DNA from: Caecitellus pseudoparvulus
Taxonomy: Eukaryota; Protista; Bigyra: Bicosoecida
Assembly (NCBI GenBank): GCA_965644315.1
Contig: CBFFRQ010000065.1
Location: forward strand, 248,001 to 312,000
Reading direction: 5' to 3'
DNA length: 64,000 bases
The first letter of the stretch is position 1, and each line of letters opens with the position of its first letter. The translations under genes and the position numbers were made by a program. Of the stretch, positions 1-10,200 are shown in pieces. The notes below the pieces were generated by a model that saw only the letters and a list, made by a program, of their open reading frames with translations, did no database searches and was not told the DNA's origin.

Positions 1-394
1 GCGAGCATGGTGGTTGCCTGAGCGGGGCGGGGCACACTTCCTCCGGATCACAGCACGTGGGAGGTGTGGATATGCTGTGTTTTTACCGAGGGCTGTCACG
101 GCTTCGGCGTGTGAGTGCCGTGAGAGACGTGGACCACGTGTGGACTGGCTCAAACTGTGCTGGCTGCCTCGCAAGTCGCAGGGTAGCGCAGTTTCCAGAA
201 GTCAACGCGAGGAGCCACATCTAGAATGGGAATAATCAGTCCCCTCAATATTCAGTTTGCACATGCGCTGATCCTTCATTCTCAAGGCTGCTAGATTGCG
301 GAGTGCCCTGCGGAAATCGGTTTGCGGCATTGCCACCAAACTCTCCAGCTGAGCTGCAAGGTCGAGGTGCTGGCCAGTGTCCTGGATCCATGCA

Positions 395-1210
395 ATGTCA
401 AAACATATTTCACGTCTGGAGGCATTGCTAGGCGTCCCGTTCTTTACCGAATCGGCCTTCACAGCTGGTATTGTGCACGTGACTGCCTGCCTCATCCAAG
501 CAGGCAGCCTGACCACCATCAACCTCGGCCCTGCAGCCCCTTCACACCCCCTTGACCACGCATTGCTTGTCGCGAACCGGGCAAGCTGTGACGCTGTGCT
601 CCAGGCGGCAGGCACAGTGCGGGACGAAGCTCAGCGGTTAGGAGGTCTGCCTGACTCCTACCACGTCAGCGGCACCGGGGCGCCCGAGGTGTTTGCGTGG
701 CGCAGGCGCCGCCTTGCCGCCGGCATCGGGCGAGAAGGGCCATGCCTGATCCTGACGGCTTCTGGCGACCTGCCTCCCAGTGTGTTCGCGCAGGGACCAG
801 GGTCGCACGACGCACCCCGCAGCCACGCCCCAGCCGTGCTGACCGCTTCAAGCGGAGTGCAGCAGGCACGCGCCTGTGTGCCAGCATACATCCCCCTGCA
901 CCACACACCACACCCTTCTCCACAACACGCCATAGCTTTGCTACGAGGCATGGGTGCCCAGCGCATCGCAGTGGAAGGGGGGCCAGGCTTGGCCCGGCAG
1001 ATGTACGCCTCGCCCGAGCCCCGCATCGACTACCTCTTGCTCTCGACGCTGAAGCCTGATCCCAGAAGCGCAGCAGTGCCTGCAGAGGCAAAAGGCAAGG
1101 AATTGCTACACATGGAGCAGCTGCGCGACGAGTTCTACCCCCTGGCCTCAGGGTTTGGCGTGGACTCAGTGTGGGGTCGGTGGTGCTTTCAGCTGTGGCG
1201 GCGGCGATGA
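395..1210 (+). CDS. RibD C-terminal / DHFR-like reductase-domain protein
   Basis: Single-exon ORF; first ATG at 395. The motifs 'NRASCDAVLQAAGTVRDE', 'LILTASGDL', 'RIAVEGGPGLA' and 'IDYLLL' resemble the RibD reductase fold (RxxxDAVLVGxxT..D; VEGGxxL; VDEL). Confidence 0.65.
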   Translation: MSKHISRLEALLGVPFFTESAFTAGIVHVTACLIQAGSLTTINLGPAAPSHPLDHALLVANRASCDAVLQAAGTVRDEAQRLGGLPDSYHVSGTGAPEVFAWRRRRLAAGIGREGPCLILTASGDLPPSVFAQGPGSHDAPRSHAPAVLTASSGVQQARACVPAYIPLHHTPHPSPQHAIALLRGMGAQRIAVEGGPGLARQMYASPEPRIDYLLLSTLKPDPRSAAVPAEAKGKELLHMEQLRDEFYPLASGFGVDSVWGRWCFQLWRRR

Positions 1211-1275
1211 GGCAGGGTGACAGACGGGCACAAACAGAGGAGGCATAGTGGACGCGAGCATGCATGCATTGGGGT

Positions 1276-4200
1276 CTACCAGGGGGTGTTGCGGGTGGAC
1301 GCGTGTGTGATGCCCCAGTCATCCTCCTGTGCGACGGCTGGCGTGGCGAGGTCCACCATGGACAGGGGCTGGCCAGCCGACGTGCCTGGAGTCGCCCACG
1401 TCTGACGCGAGTGCCCAGTCGAGCCATGGCGCTGCGATGCGCGTGAGGCTGCATGCCCCTGGGCATGCACAGGTCCTGCCTTGCGCGTTCGGGGCGCGGG
1501 CGGCGACCGCAAGTCGACAGAAGCGTGGGGAGCGGAGTCGTGGGGGAGCTGCCCAGCCTTGCTGCGGTGGGCAGCTTGGTGGCGCTGCGCGTAGCCATGG
1601 GGCACTACGGGTGGGGTGGGCGCGGCTTCGTCTGGCAAAGCAGGCACCACCCATCGAGCCACCGTTGGCCCTGCTGCCTTGGCTTGTCTAAGGCCAGCAG
1701 CATCCTGCTTCCCTCCAGCGGCCGAGGGCAGGGGCGCTGGCAAGTACGCAGTGGTTCGCGGCTCCGGCTTGACCGGCGCGACGGCGGGTACACGCCAGGT
1801 TTGGGGGTGCAGGCTGCCAGGTGAGCCGGCGTCCAGCTCCAGCACAGAACTGGACTCGGACAGCTCAACTGGCAGGTGCCGTGGCACACCCTTCACTTTG
1901 CGCAGAGGGCCACGCCGGGTGGACTTGGGCCTCTCTGCTCTGCTGGCTTCCAGGCGCCGCCGCGAGCGCACAGACAGACCCGTGGGCGTGTCTACCCCCG
2001 GCGGGTACTCCACCAGGTGGCTACCGTGACGGCGGGTGGGGTGTGGGATGGGGATGCGGGAGGGGGGGTGGCGGGCGCGAGGGGAGGGGCCCTCACTGCC
2101 CTCTTCCTCCAGTTGCGTGGATGCCAGGGAGGGCAGGCTGCTGGCTCCATCGCTGTCTGAAGCATGGGCACCGCTGCCATGCGCTTCTTGCGGCTGCACC
2201 GGCAGCGAGTCCCACAGCTCAGCCAGCGCGTACCCCGGCGAGGAGAGCTGCATCTGGGTCTGCCGCTGGCTTGAGGGGGGGCTGGTCATGGGCGGGGAAA
2301 CTCCGGGAGCAACTGTTTGGAGGGTCTTGCGCAGTGCAGCTGCCGCAGCCCCAGCTGGGGTCGTGGGCACAGCCTTGTACGGAGAGGACCGGGGCCCCGC
2401 AGCAGGTGGGCGGGAGGTGTGGGGAAGGACGACAAGGTCAGAGGTCCAGCCACCAGCAGCAGCAGCTGACGCCGTGCGCAGTGCGCTCTCCACCTCGTCG
2501 TGGGAAGGCAGGCTCATGAGTGCCTCGGGGGTGGCGTGTGTGGCTGCGGCGAGGCCTGGCATGATGTCCAGGATGGAAGTGCCTGCGGATGCCAGGGCAG
2601 GCGGCAGGGCTGGGGCGCCCGCTGCTGCGTGTTCAGAGCGCAGCACGCTGGCCCTGCGACGGCGGCCACGCGCCGGAATGCCCCGGGGCTGCTCGGGTGC
2701 CCATCCGTGCGTGCCGTGGGCCCTGGCAATGTGAGCACGATACAGCGTCTCCAAGATGCCAGGCTTGCTCTGCTGCACCAGCCACGCCTCCAGGTATGGC
2801 ATGAAGCTGGTGGGCACTGGGCAGAAGGACAGCAAGCAGTGCAGCAGGACCCACCCTCGGGTCATGGCCACGTCGGGGGGTGACCCGGACAGCTGTTTGA
2901 TGCACTGCAGCACCAACTCGTCCACCAGGTATTGCACAATGCAGCCAATGTGCACGAGGGCCGTCACGCCTTCCACCACAGGGGGGCTGATCCAGTCCAC
3001 ACCGCCCTGCGCAGGTGCGTGCAGCGAGCTGTCTCCCAGCACCCCTTGCACTGTGCGGAACATACGCCGCGTCAGCATGATGACGCCCTGTGGCTGCTTG
3101 GTCAGGGAGGTGCCCAGACCTGCGCCAGAATGCATCAGCATGCCTGCGCCCGCTCCCGGAACACCAGACAGTTCTTCGAACTCGTCGCTGCTTCGAAGGT
3201 TGGGATAGGCCTTGATGCGGTAGTGGTGCAGCGGCGCGACGAGAGCAGCCTGCCCCCCGAAGGTCGTGTTCTCCTGCATGGACAGCAGTCGTGGGGAGAG
3301 GGCGGCACCCGAGCCTGTCGTGGCCGCGCCGTCCTCGCCTCCCGCTGCTTCAGTGCGGCCCATGTGCAGCCTGGCCTGTGCAGCTGCGGCAATGAGCGCG
3401 TCTGCGTCGACTCCCTCCGCAGGCTGGGCTGACAACTCAGCCAGCCGTGCAAGCGCCGTGGTGGCGGCAGTTTCGCTCGCCAAGGCTCGCAGGTCAGCAA
3501 GCAGGTCAGCAGGCAGTGCACCGGCATCCCCAGCTGCGTCAATCTCGGCCACCATGCGACGGGCAGTGGGGATGTCCCGTGCCTTCACTGCAGCTGCAGC
3601 CATGGCACGGTGCTGGTGGCGTTTGGCCAGTGTCGCTGCAGCGCGCTGTAGCAGGCCCAGCGTGGCGTCGGGGACGGCCACCGCTGCCGACTGTGGTGCC
3701 GCATGCGAACTCCCCAGCAACGGGGGACCAGACACAGGGGCGTCGCTGCCCACCGGCCGGGGCTTGTGCAAGCCTCCCGGCCGGGGTTTCAGCGCAGTCA
3801 AGCTGAGGCCCATGGCTTTGCCCTGGGCCAGGGCTCGAGCCATGAGTGCCTCATCGCCCGAGCCAAGCGCATCCTCCACTTCGGCATGCAGGCGAGACAA
3901 CTGCTGTGCCCTGTGTGCCACGGCCCGCACTCGCCGCTGCACGTCGTCGGGCGTCGGTACGCGCTCCACGCCCTCAAGAGCGTAGGCAGACACGTCACTC
4001 TGCGTTGAGCCGGGCGCATGTGTGCCAAGCAGACCGTCCCGTTCGCCCTCCACACTTGCCACGATGGACGGGAGGGGGACCAGCGCCACCCGCATCCACG
4101 TGCGGGGTGGGGGCAGGCTGCTCCCAGCTGGAGGAGACATGTCAGCCGGCAGCAGCTGAGCGGGAACTGGTGTCCACACCTCCCCTGCACGGGTGCGCAA

Positions 4201-7200
4201 GCCGCCTGCACCGGCCACCTCAACTGTCGCGTACCGGCGGGAAGGGTCCCACTGCTGCCTGTCCCCAGCACCAACGCTCGGGGGGGCACTGATCACATCG
4301 CCGGAGCCAAGGCCTGCCCGCAACAGCTTGGACCACACGGGTTGGGGCGGAGGGTGCACCCCAGGCACGCCCAGCAGGGACAGACGAGCAAGCTGCTCTT
4401 GCATGGCGTCCGCCTGCAGAGCTGCAGCGGCTTCCTCCGCCGCTGGCAGCACGGCCGCAATGCCAGACTCAGTCTGCGCCACGTTGCGCCAGTATGCAGC
4501 TTCGGTGGCGACTAGTCGGGCCGCTGCTGCCGCGTGGCGAGCCAGTGACACCTCGGAGCCACCTAGACTCGGCTGCGCGTCCCACATGCCCGCCATGGGT
4601 TCGGAGCTGGTAAGTGAGGCGTGGCTTGCTGCTGACACTGCATCCGCCGGCACGCCAACCGCCTGACACCAGGCAGAAAAGTCTCCCTGGAGCAGGGACC
4701 CTGCCCCTTGGGCAGAGGTGTCGCGATCTCGCTGGCTGCCAGCAGCCTGATAAGGAGGCGGTGGGTTTGCGAGGCACAGCGCCAACAGGGTCGGCCACTG
4801 GGCGCCGCTGGCTGCCTTCCGCATGCTCAGAAGGCGCTGCGCCGCACCGAGGCACGAGGTGATGTACGGGGGCAAGCGGGGCGTGGACACTGCAGCACTC
4901 AATGTGCGCAAGGCCTTGCCGAGCGCTGAACTGGCACCAGGCCGGTCTGCCCCCGGTCGGTACTGACTAAGCTGTGGGCTCCCATCCCCCATCTCACTCG
5001 CCTGCTTCGCCCGCATGAGACCCCGGTCCAAGGCACTGACGAGGTGCGCCAGGTCGGGTGCGCGTTGGGTGGGCCCACTGCCGCCGACGCCTTGCTTGCT
5101 CTGCCCAACCTTTCCTGCTCTGGGGACGCGTGCAAGCAGTGCAGCGGGGGGCACCGCTGGGTCTGCCACAGCACTGGAAACGCTTTGGGATGCTTGCAGC
5201 CCACACAGCAACGCCTGCAACGACACACGTGCAGCGAGCTCCATGGCTGCGGCCTGTGTCTCATGCGCGAGGTGCTCTGCAGCAGCAAGAGCAGCGTCGT
5301 CCAGGCTGTGCAGGCGAGGCAGGCCGGGTGTGGCAGCAGCGCCGTGTGTCCTGGGGGGCACTCGTTGTGAACTGTGGCCAGCATGACGGCTGGGCACCTG
5401 TGTGGACATGTGTGGCGAGTCGCCCAGCAGCAGCTGGCCCAGCGCGGCCCTGGCGGCATCCACCACCTCCCCCACAGCACTCCAATCACCTGCATCATGG
5501 GCGTGCCGCATTGCCAGCAGCAAGTCGGCAACGCGGCCAAGCGTGTCGGGTTCACTGGACTTCGACGAGTGCGTCTGGAGCAGCAGACGTTCTCCAGGCC
5601 TGCTTGCAGGGGACGTCTGTGCACTGCTCACCAAGCCCCATTCCTCGTCCCCCCTCGGGGATGATGGCGACGTCGATGTGCTCCCCGCACCGCGCCCTCC
5701 GAACCCGTCAGGATGGCTCGGGGCCAAACCGAGAGCGGAGACAAGAGCCTTGGTCGCATCTGCCGTCGCGTCCAACTCAGCCTTGGCAGCAGCGACCCGG
5801 TGTTGTGTTTTCCGGGTGGTCCCCATGCTGCCCAAGACGTGTGAGGGGGATACGGCAGGTTCGGAAGTGGGGGGTCGCGAGGACAGGTGTGGCGTGCGGG
5901 GCAAGTTTGTCGCCATCTCGTGGCTGATGCGCTGTCGATGCATGGCGGCTTGAGCAGCCCCCCACAGCAGCCGCAGTGCAGGCACCAGACCCTCACGCGA
6001 CGCCTGCGTGGAGCCCAACCCTGCTACGCGCTCCCGCTCCGCCTCGCCAGCCAGCGCTCGCAGTACAGTTCGGCCGGCAAGGCCAGGACTGGCAGTGGGC
6101 GACCCAGGCCCAAACAAGGCTGCTTCGTCTTGAGCCGTCACCATGGGCTGCAGCAAGACCCAGTCGCGCCCTGGCGCGTCCCCTGCCACCGCCCAAGGCA
6201 TGCTTTGAGCCGACGTGTGGGATGGGGGGGTGTTAAAGGCACCTGCAGGTGCCGCACTGTCTTGGCCTCTGGGGGTAGACGGCGCGGCCTGCTTGGCGTT
6301 CGAGGCGGCCTCCGGGGCACCACTCGAGGAAGAGCCCAGGGACACGGCAGCAACTGGTACCGCAGGGTGTGGTGATGACAGCTTCGCCTTGCCTGGGGCG
6401 GCTAGCAGTGGCACGTGGGGGGGTTGGTCGGCGGCGAACGGAGGCACAATTGAGGCCGAGGTTTCACTGTCCCCTAGCAGCTCCCTGGGCAGGTACGACG
6501 CTGCAGCTGCGAGTTGGGGAGCAAGGAAGGTTCCGCCAAGATCCAGCTTCAGGCCGGACGCCGGGCGGTCCAGTGCATCCACACTGCCATGCAGGGGCCC
6601 CATGGCCAGTCCCGTGGCTGCACCAACCAGTCCAGCTTGAGCACGGTTCCCGCTCTCAAGGGCTGCTTGCGCAACAGCCTTCGCCAGACCCGGCCAGTCC
6701 CTCTGCTGGGCGGCCTTCAACGCTGCCTGAGCATGCTGAAGAAGAGGGGCATCGTGCTGGCATTCAGGCTGCGCACACGGTGCACTGCCGTGGTTCAGAG
6801 TCTCGCAAACCACTTCCACGTCAGCTGTGGCTTGCTCAAGCTCCCGCATGGCTTGATGCAAGGCGGTCACAGATTGCTGGCTGGGGGCGAACCGGGGAGC
6901 GATGAGTTGGCACAGCTCCTGGGGCAGTGCCGCAAAGACGTGCTCAGGCCTAATAGCACGGGAAGCTTGACAGGCAGCCTTCTCTGCTGCCTTACTGAGC
7001 ACCGCTCGCGCAAGGGCTTGGAGGCGGGGGGCGACCTCTTGCTCGACCAGGGGAGCAGCTGCTGCCATATCCGCCAGGACGCCGGGGAGGACTGACTCCC
7101 GAAGCCAGCTGTCCACTCGCTCCACCCACTCGGCGCGCCGCTTCGCCAGGCCCGGGTGCGCAGCTGACAGGCGGGTGGTGTGGCTGGGTGCCGCACTGCC

Positions 7201-10200
7201 GACTCCTGCAATGCCTGCGCTGGCAGACTCAGCCACGTTAAGCAACTTGCGCAAGCGGGTTGCACTAGCCTGCAAGGGCGCTGCAGGCCCCTGCTGGGCG
7301 GCAGCTTTGCCTGAGCCGGCACACAGCAATGCCAGCCAGGCAGGGGGCAGGGCGCGCGGGGGCAGGGCAGTCGCCAGGCGAGCGAGGCCGTCCCACACGC
7401 CTCCCCACTCTTCCCACAGCACTGCACGGTCTAGCTCAGCCACAGCAGTGAGCCACAAACCCGCACCACGGGTGTGAGGTCCCAACGCTAGCAGTGACAC
7501 ATGGTGCTCTGGCAGGGCCAGCATGGCGTGGCTGGGTGTGATGGCCAGCGCTGTTGCGAGGTGTGCTTGCTGCCCCTCTGGCGCCTGCGGCCAGACTGTG
7601 TCTCGGGGCATCAACACTCTGCCATGGGTGCACTGCAGTGCCGCCGCCTCAGCTGGCTTCAGCAGGCCCGCGCAGTGCTTCAGATCTGACAGGGCGGCGG
7701 GGGAACTCGCAAGGCTATCGCCATGCGCTGCGACTTTCGGGCCTGTCAGGGCGGAGAGCAGAGTCTCCGTGAAAGCTGTATCGCTAGGGCCGCCTGCTTC
7801 GGCACTGGGGCTAGCGCCATGCTTCAGAGCACGGCGCACTGCAAGCAGCGTCCTCCCAGTGGAGTTTGCTGGCAGGTCCACTGCCGAAGGAAGCACCAAA
7901 TCTTGACTTGGGAGGTGCTGCGGGACCAGGGCATGCTGTACAGTCTCGTCAAGGAAGCTTGGCTTGCTTTGAACGTGCGTGGGCTTGTCTGCAGCCATTG
8001 AAGGCGACGGCGTGCTACGTGGCTGCACACTGGACTCGGTGGTCGCTGCGTCCCGGATGGATCCGGGCGCCATATCGGTGCTGGTGGGCTCCGCCTGCTG
8101 TGAGGCGCCTGGACCTCCTCCCTTACGTACTGAAGAAGGTTCTTGGTCCGTCGGGGGGCACGAGAGGGCATCCACCTGGGGGCTTCCTGCTGCTGCAAGG
8201 GAGCTCGGTGCTGCTCTCCCCCCGCTGGAAAAGCTCGCGCTGCCTGACGCCACACTGGACTCCTGGACTGCACTCTGAGCAGAACCATCATGCACTGGGG
8301 GGCGCACTGCTTGATCTGCCGCAAACTGCGCACCTTGCCTGGGAATGGGCGGTGGGGAAGATGAGTGCACGCTTGCCGGGGATACAGCTTGGACGGGTGG
8401 TGAAGCTTGGGGCATTTGCTGGCCCCCAGTCTCATCCCGCCCCTGTTCTGATCTCAGCGGAGAGCTTGCCTGCACGCGCGGGCTGCTGGTTTTTTGTTCT
8501 CGGGGAGCTGCGCTAGAAGCCTCATGCACAGCGGCTGCGATGCTCGGCTGAGGCGGTGGCGGGCGGGGGGACGGTGTGGCCGAGTCCTCTCCACTTCGCC
8601 GGGATGGAGCAGGTGTGTGAAGGTCAGGGCTTGGATCCGACTGCCCCGCATTTCGAGCAGGCAAGGCTGCCTTCGCTGGCGCTGCCCCGCTCATCTGCAT
8701 GCCAGAGCCGTCGCCCCGCATCCAGCCTGAGTGGCCTCGTTGCGAAGCGGCCGAGTGGCCTGCAGGGGGCAGCCCGCCGCCGTTCCTGTCGGAAGTGTGC
8801 GAATCAGCGACAGCGTGCAGCATCGGCCCAGGTGCAGCGGCAGCTTGGCGACGCCCTGCGGCTGCAGGCGACGGAGGCGTAGAGCCAGCCTTCCGAGCTG
8901 CGAGGGCCAGCATGGCACGGGGGTTTGGCACAGGGTTTGGCTCGGTCCTGCCCTGCGAGTGACCAAGAATCTTCTTAGGAGGGGAGTCTCCAACAGGCTT
9001 GGGCTTTGAGGCAGCAAGAGGGACTGAGCCGCCTGCCTCGCTTGCAGGGTTGGGCGAGGTGGCAGAGCTTGCTGTGCTTGATGCACGGCTTGACGCATCA
9101 CCTTCGATGGCGGCGGCAGGGTGCGAAGCTGCAGATGCTGGCACTTCTGCAGGGGCAGGTGTGTGTTCCTGTCCTCGTCCCTCAGGCAGTCCAACGTGCT
9201 CTTCGCCGGCGTGCTCGGAGCCAGAGTCCTCCGCGCTGGAGGCAGTCCCCGAAGAATGCACTGCCCCCAGGGACAGCCCAGTTTCAGCCTGGATGCGGGC
9301 GAGTAAATCATCTGCGTCCTCTCCAACACTGTCAGACTCCAGTGGTGACTCCCCCCCCGCTCGTGACTCGACGACAGGTGACCCACTCCCTGCATCATGG
9401 GCTACCGCCTCACCTGAAGCTTGGCTGTCAAGGGTGGTGGTGCTGGACCCTGACGAGCTTGCATCGTCGGCGTCAGAGCTGTGTTGGCTCGGTCCAGCTG
9501 GAGATTGCGTTGCGCTGGAACTGCCCTGTGCAGGGGTTGCACGGGCCGAGTGGACGCCTCCGGGGCGCCCAGGTCCGTCCTCTGGCTCAGGGCTCAACTC
9601 TTGCGTATCAGGGCCTTCACTGGCTTCCTGCACGTCGCCAGCGGAGTGAGCAGAGTCGAGGTCTAAACATTGGCGTTCAAAGACAAGCATCCACGTCTCA
9701 CAGTGCGCCACGAGCTGGCGCAGGTGGGACAGCGTATCCACGGCATCTGAGTACCCGCATGCATGCATGACCTCCACAGCCTGTCTCTGGAAGTCCGTGA
9801 AATCTTCCTCAGACAGCTCATCCACCTCTGCACCAGGCTGCAAGGCGCCGCTGCGCTCTGCGGCGGACCGTAGCAACAGCGAAGGCATGGACTGAATGTC
9901 ACTCCCCAGCTCATCCAACACGTCCTTCAACATTGCCAGACACTCCTCTAGCTGCTGCCGTCCTGCTGCAAGGGCTGCCCGCGTCCCGGGCAGATCACCG
10001 CCCTGCCCCACCTCGCGGCGCCTGGCAGCTGTCACATCCGCTGCCATAGCAAATGCAGCCCCGTTCACAGCCTGCAGCAGGGATGCAGCAGCCATGATTT
10101 GCTGCACCAGTTGCGATTCGGGGTTGAAATCTTCGCTCTCGGCAAGCACATCGGCAACGGCATCCAGCGCGCCCTCGCCGCCCTCCGCCAGCACGAGTTC

